From Geosiphon pyriformis uo1 (lineage: Eukaryota; Fungi; Glomeromycota): 64,000 bases of DNA. Where the stretch lies: positions 118,393-182,392 of the forward strand of contig JAAOMT010000073.1 in the NCBI GenBank assembly GCA_016748015.1, written 5' to 3'. The number at the start of each line of letters is the position of its first letter. Positions within the stretch are counted from its first letter, which is position 1. Under the pieces are notes generated by a model. The model was not told where the DNA came from and ran no database searches. It was given only the letters and a program-made list of their open reading frames with translations. The translations under genes and the position numbers were made by a program. This document shows, in pieces, positions 1-14,033 of this stretch.

Positions 1-3000
1 ATATTGTAAATTACATTTTTTTTTTTGAAATTTTATAACTTTTTAAAAACAGTAAAAAATTTATTTATTTTTTATATATAATTGGTTTTGACAAATCAAA
101 TAAAAATTTAATTGTTTTTACAAATATTTTTATTATTATTAAGTATAATTTAATAAGTATTGTTTTTTATTCAAAAATTTTATTAATACAGAATAGTTGT
201 CCAAGTTTATTATTATGTTAAGCAATTATACTAATAATTATATTAATTTGGTTAAAGTAATTGTTATTATTAATTAATAATAAGTTTAGAAAAAGTTTTA
301 ATATTTTAATGATTAACTTTTTTGTAATATTATATATTATAATAAAATTTATTCAATCAAAATATTTAATAAATTAATTATTTATGTTTTAATTTTTTTT
401 GTTGTATAGTCAAACTAATATTTAATGATCTGTTATTATTAAAAATTTGGTATTAAGAAGATATTTGTTTTAATAATTAATAGATTAAACTATAAACAAA
501 TATTTTTGCTTAATAATTGAATAATTTTGTTTTGTTAAAAAGTGAGTTTTACTAATATAATTTATAACATGTTTTTTTTTATTTTTATTTTTTTAAAAAA
601 ACAATACTAAGTTCAAAATCAAATGTATTAATATAAAAAATAAAAAGTTAATTCAGATTAAACTACTTAAAAATAAGTTTAGTAATAAGTTTTTTTTTAA
701 GATTTTAAAAGCTTTTTTGTTAATATGTATTTCAATAATAGTTAACATTTTTTTTGAATAATTAATTTAAACAAATTTTTTATAGTAAAAAATTAAATAA
801 AAAAAAAACATAATTTATAAATATTTATTAATTACTTGAAATTTTGGATCTTTTTTATTTTGGCAAAATCAGAAAAAATTCTATTTTTTGTAATAAAGTA
901 ACCAAAAAACTAAATAAATTAACATTTAAAAAAAGATTTAATAAGATTAATTTTTAAACCAGCATTTTCTAAAAGATTAAAAACTTTTTATAAATATTTA
1001 TAATATTTTATTTCAAATTTTTAAATATACAATAATATTATTCAAATAAACTAAAACAAAATTTTTGTTGATTAATTCAAATATTTTGTTTGTTAAATAT
1101 AAAAATTATTAATTAATTTAAAAAGCATGATTATAAATTTATAAGTATTATATTTGATAATAAAAATAGTTTTTTGTGACTTTTTGGTTCTATTTTACTT
1201 TTTAAAATCTAGCAATTAAGTTAATAATTAAAAAAATTAGTACTATTAAAACGATTTAATATTGCATCAATTTTGAAAAATAAATACATATTTCTTATAA
1301 TAATAATATTTAATTAACAGTAGTTAATACAAAAGTACAGAATTTTATTTTTTTTAAAGATTATTACTACTAAGAAAATTTATTTACTTTTGGTTTTTAT
1401 ATAAATTCAAGTTTTTTTATTTGGTTTATTTTTTTTTGATAAATTTATTATTGTGTTAATTTAATTCATATGGTTTCAAATAGATAAAACAAGTTTTTTT
1501 TGTAATAATAATGTTTTATTATATTAATTTATTTAAAAATATATATATTTTTTAATATTACTGAATTATTTCTAACCAATAGAATTTTAATATCCATTTT
1601 TTCTTCTAAAAAAGATTTTTTTTTGTTTTATTATTAATAATTATATTTTTAAGAATTTATTTTCAAAAGATTTTTGTATTTTTCTTATTTTTTAAGGAGT
1701 ATTAAGCTAATAAACTTTTAATCTTTATAATAGATTTGACAAAACATATATTTATTATCAAAAAAATATAATAATTTGTTGTATTAATATTAAATACAAA
1801 AATTATGTTATTTAAAGACTTTTTATTGTTAATAAAAATAATATAAATAAATTTAACAGTTTTTTATTATAGCTTTCTTTATTTTTCAATTTTTTAATTA
1901 AATTTTTTTTTGGTTTGTTTTAATTTTGGAATTATTGTTCAATAATAATATTTAATTACAATTAGTTTTTCTCTATATTTAATATTTAGTTTTTAAAATT
2001 TATAATTAAGTAAAACTTTTGCTTTTTTGAATTATTTATTATTAACAATAATAATATATTTTTTAGTTTTTAAAGCTTTTATGTTAGTTTTAATACAAAT
2101 ATTATTAATATAAACAAAAATGGCTTTAATTATTTCAAAAACTTTTTTTTGTTATTATAAACATTAATTATTGGTTATGTTAATAATTTATTAAATTTTC
2201 TACTAATTGTTTTAAAAAAGTGTTTGACAATAATATTAAAAAATAATTTTTTGTTTAAAATCAAGTTAATAAAATAATTAATTATTTGGGCTTTGCAAAT
2301 TAAAGAAATAATATTTTTATTATTAGTAAGTTTTATTTAATAAAAATGTTTATTGATTTTTAAAATTTTTTGAACTAAAAATAAGTTATTAGTTGTCCAA
2401 AAATAATATATATTAAAATTTTTATGAGATTTTTAATAATAGAATAAGATTCAAATATTTGTATAATTTTTAGAGATTTTAACTTGAAAAAATTCTTGAA
2501 AATATTTAAATTATTAATATAATAATTTTGTTAAAATTTAAAATAAAATTAATCTTGGTTTTCTTTTTTTTCTGTGAAATTAAAAAAATTAATAATTAAT
2601 TTATTTATGTTATAATTATCATTAATTAGATTAAAAATATAAAAATATTTTCTTTTAATTTATTTAAATAACTTTAATAATTAAAAATTTAGTACTTAAA
2701 ATAAATACTATTTAATAAAATTATTATTAAATTATTTAATATTTAAACTTTTATAAATTTATTTCTATTTTGTAAAAAGTTACTTACTATTAAAAATTGA
2801 TATTAATAATATTAAAACAATAATTTTTAATTATATTTTTTTATTTCTATTATTGTGATTTAAAAATTTAATAAAAGTCACAAAAATAATATAAAATATT
2901 TAATTATAATATAACACAATAATAATTTTAAAAAGATAATAATTAATATAATAATAATTATCAAATAGTGTTAACAGCAAATATTATTTTATAATAACAG

Positions 3001-3100
3001 TAAAAACTATAGTATAATAATAATAAATACTATATTAAAATATTAAAAATAGAGTATTGTAATATGTTTTCTTATAAAATTACAAATATATATATATATA
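1..3100 (-). mobile_element. Heavily decayed Ty3/Gypsy LTR retrotransposon, pol region (protease and RT remnants)
   Basis: Minus strand ~780-1380 reads VVIIFKKNKILYFCINYC.LN and KVFNLLENAGLKINL, a decayed form of Gypsy RT (PVVLVxKKxGxLRFCxDYRxLN). Segments ~780-1380 and ~2000-2400 align by eye with 47400-47990 and 46360-46740 on the + strand. Boundaries approximate. Confidence 0.7.
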
Positions 3101-3199
3101 TTAATTTTAATATTGAAAAAAAAACATTTAGTATTTTCAATTTTTTATTTTTTATATTAATTATTTTTTAGTCTTTACTTTTAAGATAAATATTTAAAA

Positions 3200-6100
3200 A
3201 ACTTTTTAATCAAAAAAAATAAAAAATAGTATTAAAAATTTATTTGTATTATTTATTAAATAAAACCGTTATTTACCAACTGAATCTCTTGAAAGAATAA
3301 TTTTTAATCAAAATTATTCATGTTATTACTAATTGATTATTAAAATTTAAGAAAAATACTATAAAACTATTAATATTCTGTGTTTTAAATTAGAAAAACA
3401 CTTTTAAATAATTACAAAAATAGTCTTAAAAAAGATTTTATTATCAGTAAAAATTTGAGTTATTAATTAATATAGAATTATACTTATAATTTTGATTATT
3501 AATTAATATATATTATTATTTTAAACTATTAATTATTATATTACTTAATTATTAAATATTATTATTTAATTAATAACTTGATTTATACAAAACACAAATG
3601 TAATTAAATTGTAATGATCAAATTATGCAATATTTCAAACTATATAATATTTAAAAATTTGCTAAAATAATTAAAATTTGATAAAATATTCAATAATTTA
3701 TCAAAATAATTAATAATTTGCAAAAATAACTTGTAACTTAATAAAATGTATTTTTGGTTTGCCAAAATATTAGAAAAAAAAATGTATTTTAATTTAAGAT
3801 AATAATTAATTATTACAAATTAATTTAATAAAAACTTATCTTAAAAATTCAAAATTTTAATTATTACTAATTTAAAAATAACCAAATTAAAACTAAAATT
3901 TTGAAATTAATTATCTACCAATTTTAATAATTGTTAATATTTTTAAATCTGAAACAAAACTAATCTTTTTAAATATATTTTATTGTTTTTTTTTTTGTTT
4001 TTTTTTGTTTTTTTTATATTATTAAGTAGCCTATAGTTAAAATTTTCTGTAAAAAAGTTGATTTTTACAGCAAAATAATTACATATATTTAAATAGCTTA
4101 TAAACAAAATATTTTTGTAAAAAAATTAATTTTTATTGCAAATTAATTATATAAATAATTAACACAAAATTGGTTATTTTATTATAAATTTAATATATAT
4201 AATTTAAAGTGTAAAAAATACTTTAAAAAAAAATTAGCTTATTAAAATTTATTAATTTTCAATAATAACAAAATTAATAGCAAAATAATATTAATAATAA
4301 CTAAAAAAAAACAAATATTTTTTGATAATAATTTTAATAACACTAAATAAATTTCAAATTAGTTTTTTAAAAAAAGTACATAAACATATACAACAACCAG
4401 AAAATAAGAAATACTTTATATTATAATATTAACAAAAAACTTTTTAATATATTATTATTATAACAAATATAGTCTAATTATTATTTAATATAATACAATT
4501 ATATAGAGTTTTAAATTAAATATAATATATTTTTTTTATATTATTAGTTATTTAGCCAATTAAAATAACTATATTAACAAAAATATTATTATTTATACTA
4601 AAATATAATAACTATTTAATTTTATAACTAAAATAAATAGTTTAATTTTCTATTATTTTTAACAATTATTTAACAATAATTTACATTAAAATATTATTAA
4701 TTAATAAGTTGTATCTTTTTATTTTTGTCTAAAGCTTAAAATTAAATAGTCAAATCTTATCTTTGTAACTTAATATTAAATTATGCACAAAATTAACTAA
4801 CTTAAAGATAATTAACTTTGTATTTTTATAAAAAGTTTAAGCTTTAGTCAATTAATATTTAAAAACAAATTTTTTGCATAAAATCAGATATAAATTAATA
4901 TTAGTAATATTTAGAAATATAAAAACTAGAACATAATAGTTAATAACAGATTTATATTAATTAAAAACTTTTAAAGTACAGAATCTTTAGTCAATAAATT
5001 TTTGTAAACAATAATATTTAAGCTATAAACAAAACTATAATCTAAAAGTTTTATTTTTTTTCAATAAATATACAAGATATTTAGATAATACTTATTATAA
5101 AATCTTTTTTTAATTATAATAGATAATTATTTTTGTAAAGTTTTTATTATATATATGTATAAATTAGCTATAAATTTGTTAATATAACTAATTGTTATAT
5201 AAAAATTAAAATATCAAACCAAAGAAATAAAATACTAATTAATGTTATTTTTTTATTTTTTTATTAAAAATTAACGAGTGAGGCCCAACCACAATGTTAT
5301 TAAAATATAAAAAATTTACAACTTTAATTATATTATTTATTAAATTAATAAAATAATAAACATTATTAAAAATAATTTTGCTATTTATCTTAAAATTTTT
5401 TTTTTGATATTAACTAATATTATTATTTTAGAATAAATTTAATTTGCCAATTTATTAGTATTATTTAGAATATTAAAATAAATTTTTATTTTTAAGTATT
5501 TTAATAATATATTTTTATTTTCTATATTACAAATATAATAATATTTTATTTAACAACTATTGTAAAAATTAGATATAAACAACTGTAATTTGGTCTAATA
5601 AGCATTTAAAACAGTTTAATTGTTTAAATAAATTATAATTTTAGCAAATATTAATATATACTTAAAAACCAAAGCAATAATTTGCAATTTAACCAAGATA
5701 AAAAAAAGTAAATTATGAATTTTTACATTAATATTTTGATCTAAAAACAGTTATATTACATATAATATTATTAATTAATATATATAATAATTAATAAAAC
5801 TATAATTTTTAATTTTAATAGTATTTTTACCAATAAAAATTGATTATTTAGTTTTAAAATAATCAATTTAAATTTGATTAATAAATTCTATCAATATTTT
5901 TTGTTATAGTTTTATCAATTATATTTTAATTAATAGAATAATTTTAGATTTAAATAGCATAATATATAAACTTAATAGATATTATTATAGAAATTTTTAT
6001 TATTATTATAGTTTAATTTATACAACTATTTATTAATTTTTTGGAATTAATATTAATTATAATACTATTATTATTTATTATATTTATAGTTAACAATATT

Positions 6101-7520
6101 TTAAATTTAAATATAAAAATAACAAAAATAATTTTACTAAATTTTAAGAAAGTAAAAACTTTTTTAAAACTATTTATGCTTAAAAATATTTTTTTAATTA
6201 TTTTTAATTTTTCTAAAATAAATTATTATTAATTGCAAAAAAATCAATATTTAATATAAATAACTTTTTAATAGAATATTAATTTTGATTATATAAAAAA
6301 AAATATTAAAATTAATTTTATTCAAAAACTTTGTAATTATTATTTTAGTTTTGATTTTAAGAGCTTTAAAAGTTGTATTTATATTATTTGTATTTATATT
6401 ATTTTATTATTATTAATATAATAACTTATTTTTTTTACCAAATATCATTTTTTATGTTAATACTATTTAATTTTATTATATTATTGATATTAATATTATT
6501 TAATATGTTGTTAAATATAAATACCAAACAAACAAAAAAATTATTATTATTACTATTAAGCTTGAAAAAAAATTCAGTTTTCTGTTTTTTTTTAAAAATA
6601 ATGCTTTGTTAGTAAAGCCAAAATTAATTTTTTTTGCATCTGTTTTTATATTTATATTATTACCAATACTATTAGTGGTCTTATAATTGAAAAAAATTTA
6701 AAAGTATTAAATTAAATAATAAAAACTAAAGAAAAAAGAAAAAAAACTTTTTTTTAAAATCAACTTTTAAAAAAATTTAGAATATTTAAAAGAAAAAAGT
6801 TTGGCTTTATTTTTAAAATTAAAATAAGATTACTTAGAAAAATTTTTAACAATTAATATTTATTTTTAGATATTATTAAAAATAATAATATTTTTTAAAA
6901 AAAACTGTTTTAGTTTTTATAATTTTAATTTAAAAAATTAAATTAAATAATATTATATTTTAATTAAATATAAATATATATTAAAATAGAATTTGTTTTA
7001 TTTTTACAATTAAAATAATTTATTAAAAATAATTGTGTTAAATTATACAACAAAATGTTAATTTATGTTTATTTTTATAAACATATTATTATGGCTATTA
7101 TTGTTTAAATTAAAAAATATTATCATTTACAACTAAATTAAAACACATTATTACAAATAATAATAATAATATAAAATCAATAGAAAAACTAGTATTAAAT
7201 AAAAAACTGTAGTTTAAAACAATAGTAAAAAGTTTAAAGTTTTTACAAAATACAAAACTAAAAAACTTTTTTCAAAAATTTTAAAATAGTGAGCTATTGT
7301 TATAATAATAGTTGTGATAATATTAAAACTAGTTTTGATGACTATTTCGATTAAAAAAAACTTTTAGCCAAAAAGAAAGTAATGCTTTCAAAACAATTAA
7401 ATATTGCATTACTTAAAGAAAATTATTTTGTCTAGTTGTTTTCACAACTGAAAGAACTTTCTGGTTGTGGCTATTTTAGTTGTTATAAAAAAAGTAAGAG
7501 TTGCTCTGGTTATGTTCATA
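3200..7520 (-). mobile_element. Decayed non-LTR (LINE-like) retroelement with RNase H remnant
   Basis: Minus strand ~5600-5700 reads LVKLQIIALVFKYI...IYLNN*TVLNAY. This converts to the RNase H motifs LAELQAIALALEC...IYSDSQAALDAC using only C>T/G>A reversions. The 6870-7520 end is shared with copies near 21 kb and 41-43 kb. Boundaries approximate. Confidence 0.6.
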
Positions 7521-7792
7521 AAAATTTTATTATTTTTAATTTGGTATTTTTTATCAAAATATATATTAATTCTTAAGTCTAAATATGTAAAATCATTTTA
7601 ATTTAAATGGCAGTTTATATTTACACAATATTTTTTATTTTGTATTTTGAGCATGTTATTTTAGATATAATATATATACATATATATATTAATAATAATT
7701 GAAATTTAAATAAAATTAAACGATCATTTTCAATTTATCATTCAAAAGTAGAAATTCATCAACTTTTAAATTCTCATAACTTATATTTAGCG

Positions 7793-9221
7793 ATGACAGA
7801 CTTAACCTCAGAGTTTCGTAAATTGGTAGCTGAGATAACAGGTTCTCAAGACAAGAGCAAGCGTAATGATGTACTTCCACCTGTCAGAAAGAATCCACGC
7901 CTAGCACAGGATCCGTTTCTCAAAGAGGCTTACGAAATAGTAAGTCATGCGCGACACCCCCCCCTCTTGAGAAGAACACCTAATAGAGAAACCCTTTTTG
8001 CCGGCAACAACTCACCCTCTGACTCGTCGTCGTCCCTCACTCTTTCAAGGCGTCTCACATTCATAACTTGAAGATTTTTTTGCTTTCGATTCGTCGCGTA
8101 TATCTCAATCTCTCGCGTCACTCTGTAGGAGCCGGGTTTTCAAGATCCACTCCGCAAATAACGATATCTGATCTAAAGAATGAACTCTTGACAACAGCTG
8201 GCTCACCCATCACCAGTCTGACAGATATAGAACGAGACGAGATTGATTTGCATGCGAAAGTGATCATGCAAAAGAGCATGGATCGAATCGAAAAATTGCA
8301 AGAAACTGAGCAAGGTGTGTATACATTTGCACATGCAGAATTCGTTGAATTCTCTTTTTTTTATAATGATGCCAGCCAACTATTTCTACAATTTTTCATG
8401 AAAATAGTTCGACAGAATTCCATATTGAATAATCCATGGTTCAAGATATTACCAAATTTACGGTTACCCGAAGAGCACGATATCATTGCAGCTCATCGAA
8501 GTAGCGTAATCTGGTTGCTAAATATGCGCTTGATACAAGTATCAAAATTGCAAAAAGATCAACAGGAGGCGAGGATTCTCAAAGAAATTGAAAAACGAGA
8601 GAGGTGATCAATACTATCAATCAAAGGTTTCAAAAGTGTCGTTTTTATTGATCTAATTCTCTATAATATTTTTTAGCACACTCTTCAAGCAATCTTCGAA
8701 ACCAATGACCCCACCATTAACTCTTCGTGATTTACTCGAGGAAGAGAAGAAAGCATCTCATAAAAGCAAAGAATCTGGTGACCTAATTGAAGATGATGAC
8801 ATTGAGCAACATTTAACCGCTGAACAGAAAATGATGCTTGAGCTGGAAAATGAGACAATGATGAAAGAACTTGAGTTCACCCTTAGTCAAGTCAAGTATG
8901 TTTGGCAAAAAATTAGTTGTGATTTGTTTCACCTGCAAAAAAGAATTAACAAATAAACTAATCATATTATCCAACAGTAAAGCCGAGCAAGCGTTGTTAG
9001 AGATTTCCAATCTTCAGTCTGTTTTATCTAATCATCTCGCCGTTCAGACACAACAAACTGATCGATTATACGCAGAAGCTATCGCTACTACCAGTCGTGT
9101 ACAAGAAGGCAATCTCATGCTCACTAAAGCACGACAACGCGCATCAGATGCGCGGAAATGGATTCTCATTTTTTTAATTTTGGCAAGCTTTGTTTTATTG
9201 TTTTTAGATTGGTATGATTAA
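7793..9221 (+). CDS. UFE1: Syntaxin-18/Ufe1-like ER Qa-SNARE, 5 exons
   Basis: Exons 7793-7939, 8050-8314, 8408-8603, 8677-8895, 8978-9221 join in frame with GT-AG introns. N-terminal MTDLTSEFRKLV and DPFLKEAYEI, LTDIERDEID, a SNARE coiled coil, and a C-terminal TM anchor ending LLFLDWYD. Confidence 0.88.
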
Positions 9222-9577
9222 TTTCATGTATGGCAAGATGCAAAGGATATTGGCTGGTTTTAATGTACATTTAAAAATATCGTAACTTTAGGAGTAAGAT
9301 AACTATTTGCTCATAATTGATCAAGGGCTTCTGTGAACGAAACTACTTTTTGAAAAAAATTTTATTCTCTGGGTAAACCCTTAATTTAAAAAATTAGTGT
9401 TGTATTATAATCCTTGAAGGGAAAGGGATCCTGAATAAGATTAAATATTAAAAGGAATGGCTCTTTTAAATGCTTTGACTATTGAACTTGTTACTAAATA
9501 ATGGATTAGTTCATACCTTTTTTCCGAGAAAAATTTCATGGGAATAAGATATTCGGTAAAATTTTCTAATTGAGTAA

Positions 9578-11443
9578 TCATGAATAATTCTCCCAGCCTA
9601 TCTTTTCTAATCTTTCCACTTTGTCGAGAACCTCTTTTTCTTGATTTTCCATGAATTCTACCATCTTATCCAAATAAGAAGGAATGAATGCACCAATCTG
9701 TCGAACTGCCAACAAACCAGCATTAGTTGAATTGTTGATCGCGACAGTGGCAACAGGAACACCGCGCTATTGATATGGAACAGTGATTAATCAAAATCAA
9801 AATCGATTTTAAAGGAGTAAGTCCATGAATAAAAAAATATACCGGCATTTGCACGATGCTATATAATGAATCGATCCCTTCCAAAATCTTTCCTTTGACC
9901 GGAACACCAATTACTGGTAATGGGGTCAACGCAGCAACCATACCTGGTAAATGAGCCGCTCCTCCAGCTCCAGCGACAATCACTTTTAAGCCCCTTTTGT
10001 GTGCACTTCGAGCATACTCTACCATTCGAAGAGGGGTCCGGTGTGCGGATACAATCGAGAGTTCGAAGGGAATTTTAAAGTTTTTCAAAACTTCAGCACA
10101 ATTTTTCATTGTTGGCAAGTCTGAATCAGAACCCATTATAATCCCTACTAAAGGTTGTATACTAGTAGGCGGGAAGTCATTTTCATCTATAGCTTTCATA
10201 ATAGGGGTAATACGATCATACAATTGTGTCATAGAATCCGCAACCACAGTTACATGACCCATTTTTCTGCCTTTTTTGCATTCTTTTTTCCCGTACAAAT
10301 GTATAGTAGCCCCAGGAGTCGTCAATGCAACCATAGCCGATCGCAGAGTTTCCTGCCAACTCGTTGAGACGCCGAGAATATTCACCATGGCAGCTGCAGG
10401 TACTTTCAGAGAAGTACTACCTAATGGCATATCTAAGATAGCGCGAAGATGGTTTTCATATTGTGAAGTTTCGCACGCCTCGATTGTATAATGTCCGGAA
10501 TTGTGAGGCCTTGGTGCGATTTCATTGATTAAGATAGTATCTTTCAAGGAGCCAAACAAATATTAGAGCAAATGAATATTAATTAATGCAAATGAAATTT
10601 ATTACCATCTTGTAACAAGAACATTTCTACCCCAAACACGCCGGCTCCTTCCAAGACTTTGATTGCCCTTTCTGCGACTTCTTTTGCGCGATCCATAATA
10701 ACGCCACTCACCTGAGCTGGTGCAATAACTAAATGACAAATGTTTTCTTTGTGGATGGTTTCTACTACTGGGTAACTTTTAAGCTCTCCACTCACGTTGC
10801 GAACCACCATTACAGCCAATTCTTTTTTAAAATTTGCCCATTTTTCAGCATATAAAGGTTTTTTGAAATTACCAAGGAGTCTCAATCCTTCCTCAATATT
10901 CGAAAATTCATTCTGAAGTAGGTAATTTCCTCTACCATCGTATGCCATAGTCTTTGATTTTAGCATAAGAGGAAAGGAAAATAATCGAGCAGCATTTTCG
11001 ATATCTTCTTTAGATTTTATTTCAACAAAATCAACCACAGAAATTCCATATTTGACAAGGTGTGTCTTTTGTAAATACTTGTCTTGAATCAAACGTATAA
11101 TCTGAGGTGAAGGGTGGATTACATAGTTAGAGGCTGCTAACTCCTCTAAAACTTCGACATTGACGTGTTCTATTTCTATTGTCAATATATGAGCTGCTTT
11201 TGCTAGCTCTCTTATCTTTTCAGGGTCTTTGAAGTCGCCTTCAACATGTACATTTGTTGCTTGTATTTGTTTTGCAGGGGCATCAGGAAGACTGTCCAAA
11301 ATAACCACACCAATATTCAATCGGGAAGCCGCTTCAACGAACATACGGCCTAACTGGCCTCCTCCTAGGACTCCTACAGTCCCGGAAAACAATTTTCCTT
11401 TTGCAGTGGTTGGCGAGGATGTCTTAGAAAATTCGGTCGACAT
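9578..11443 (-). CDS. ADE2: Phosphoribosylaminoimidazole (AIR) carboxylase, PurK-PurE fusion, 3 exons
   Basis: Exons 11443-10606, 10540-9843, 9766-9578. ATP-grasp motifs [36 protein letters not shown]. PurE motifs [32 protein letters not shown]|[16 protein letters not shown]. Confidence 0.96.
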
Positions 11444-11559
11444 TGCATAAGCTAAGAGCCCGCGATGATAAGTGAAATTAAAAAATTATCAGATTATCAG
11501 GACTTGGCTAAGCCACCCAGAATTAAAATCACACGATATTTATTTAATTTTAAATAAAA

Positions 11560-12175
11560 ATTTTTAATTCATAAAATAATTATTAGCTTTTTATTTTTTT
11601 AAAATATTTTTGTAAACTATAAAATGATTATTATTATTATTATTAATTTTTTAAAAACATACATCTTTATTATTATTTAAAAAGATTTTAACTATTTTAA
11701 CTTATTAATTATTACTGGTTTTTATATATATATATAACTATAGATACTTAACAAAAAACTTTTATTAAGTATTATTGACTTTTTTTGTGTAAATATAATT
11801 ATAAATTCTTAATTAGGGTTAAAAACAACAATATTCTATATTTAAAAATAATAATAATTTTTTTTACATATTATATAATTTATAATAATCCAAGTTTTTC
11901 TATTCATAAAAAAAATTTTGCTAAAATAATAATACTTAAAAAGCTTTAAATATTTAATATTAAGTTTAATATAAATAAAATGGCTGTATAATTATTTTGT
12001 TAATGTTAATTTAGTTATTATTATGTAAAGTTTGCTTTTATAGATTCAATTTAGTCTAGTTTTAACTGGCTTAAATGATTAATTATATATAAAAAATGCA
12101 TAAATTACAGATATCTTGTAGAGTTTTTAACTTTTTTTTGTTATAATTAATAATTAGATTATAATTTGTTAAAGC

Positions 12176-12274
<99 letters not shown>

Positions 12275-12560
12275 TATAAATTATAAAGATATTAAGTTAT
12301 ATTAAATTTAAATTTAAAAAAATTTAATATTATTGAGTTAAATAAAATTTAATGTTTATTTAAAATAATTGCTAATTAAAATGAGTGTTTATTTTTATGC
12401 AAATTTTTTTAAGTAATTACTTATATTTCCAAAAATTAATCAACAAAAAATTTATTTTTTAAAAAGATTTGGAAAATAACAACAATAATAATAAATTAAA
12501 TAAAAAAAATTGTAAAAAAATTGCTTGTAAAAAAAATTGATTTTTAATTTTTAACTTTTT
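11560..12560. repeat. AT-rich decayed repeat remnant containing an (AAT)n microsatellite at ~12178-12270
   Basis: Near-absence of G/C, same texture as the identified retroelement remnants, and a perfect AAT run. Confidence 0.6.
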
Positions 12561-14033
12561 TTGCTAATAGACTAAATTCTTTTGCAAGAAAGTAATTTGA
12601 TTTTTTCATTAATTAAAATCCAAATAGTTTAAGTTTGATAGCATCTGGTCTTTTTTCCGAAATCTTCACAGCAATTACTTCTTTTAAATAAAGAGGAACA
12701 ATATATTATACGAGCTGATTGGACTGTCAAAGAGCATTCAGACTTTGACCTATTATTGATGACAATCCAATGACAACCTAAAAAAATAGATATTTATTTT
12801 TTGTTTGTAAAGTCACAAGTTCACTTTGCCCCTTATAATTTGATAACTAGTTTAAACACGTGTAAACCAAATAATTACATTTTGATCGATATCGGGGATA
12901 TAACGCAAAAATAATCCTTTAATACTGAAACTATTGGAAAAAAACCAATTAGGTTACGAATTTCCTGATGAGCAAACTTTTAACATTTCAAATTATTACC
13001 TTTCTTTGTTCCGGACGATTTAGACGGTAAATATCAAAATTTGTTTACTTTTTCCCTAAAAATTCCCCTTATCAGATCCTATTAATCGCAAACAAAGGTA
13101 GTGTCCATCTCAGAAAAAACGGGTTAAAATGTTTTATAAAACTATTCAAAGCTTCTGGATAGTTTAGGTGCTTATCAATGCGCATAAAGAACTAACCTTA
13201 ACGAAAATTGGTTTACAAAAACCATAAAACAATGGTATAAAGGTCCAGTTAGTCCGATCCCAAAAATTGGGTAAAAATTTTTTGCTTGGGATTTTGCCCA
13301 AAGGGAAAGACGAGTCTGTTCTACTTCCGGCAAATAATAACAGGCTCTTATTATGCTGAATTTTTTAGAAACACTTACCTGGGATCTAATGGATGCTGAT
13401 ATGTGTCTGGCTAAAGCATTCCTTCAGGCTAAAAAAATCTATAAAGAGATGACGCAAGATGATTATTATTGATTAATATGTTCTGGTGTAATCAACATCA
13501 GGATTCCAATATGGTCTGGTTGTGACGCAAAGATCCCTCGCGAATTGAACTTTAAACAGTATATTTAATTTATACAAATTACATTTTAAATTCAAAAAAG
13601 TCATGGAAATTTTTATTAGATGATCTTCGGGCAAGATTTTTCTGCCCATACTGCATTTTCTATAAAAAAAAATTTATTTTTTACAATCTAATTTAAAAAT
13701 GTAAATTAAAATTTTTTATGTTAACTTATAAAAACTTTTACTCTAGTCTCAGTAAACCCATAAGCAGGAGGGTTTCATAATTGTTGAAAGCCCCATGAGG
13801 AGAAACTACTGTTTAGTTATTTAACGGCTATTTGGAAAGAAACCTAATCCTTAAATGTGTTCATTAATATTTGATTATGAATGAAATCACACCAATGTCA
13901 CGCCAAAATCAAATCATTGAATAAAATATAAAATATAAAATGTCATTTTCATCTTCATTTTTTTTTTTTTGCCAACTAATAATCAAAGTATTATTCACAA
14001 AATTTTGTCAAAAAGAAAACTCAAACAGAAACG

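Noticed and set aside
5274-5292. Short GC-rich patch acgagtgaggcccaaccac inside AT-rich DNA
   Set aside because: Too short to interpret; may be a small insertion or an assembly junction.
6041-6612. I/L/F/K/N-rich ORFs in AT blocks (also 18907, 21404, 48177)
   Set aside because: Composition is what AT-decayed TE DNA yields by chance; not credible genes.
1-7700. AT-rich DNA as a mitochondrial, endosymbiont or centromeric insert
   Set aside because: Recognisable RT and RNase H remnants explain it as decayed retroelements; no organellar or bacterial genes seen.
12858-12863. CACGTG E-box upstream of the MFS gene (others at ~16909, 24894, 38684)
   Set aside because: A 6-mer with no demonstrable enrichment.
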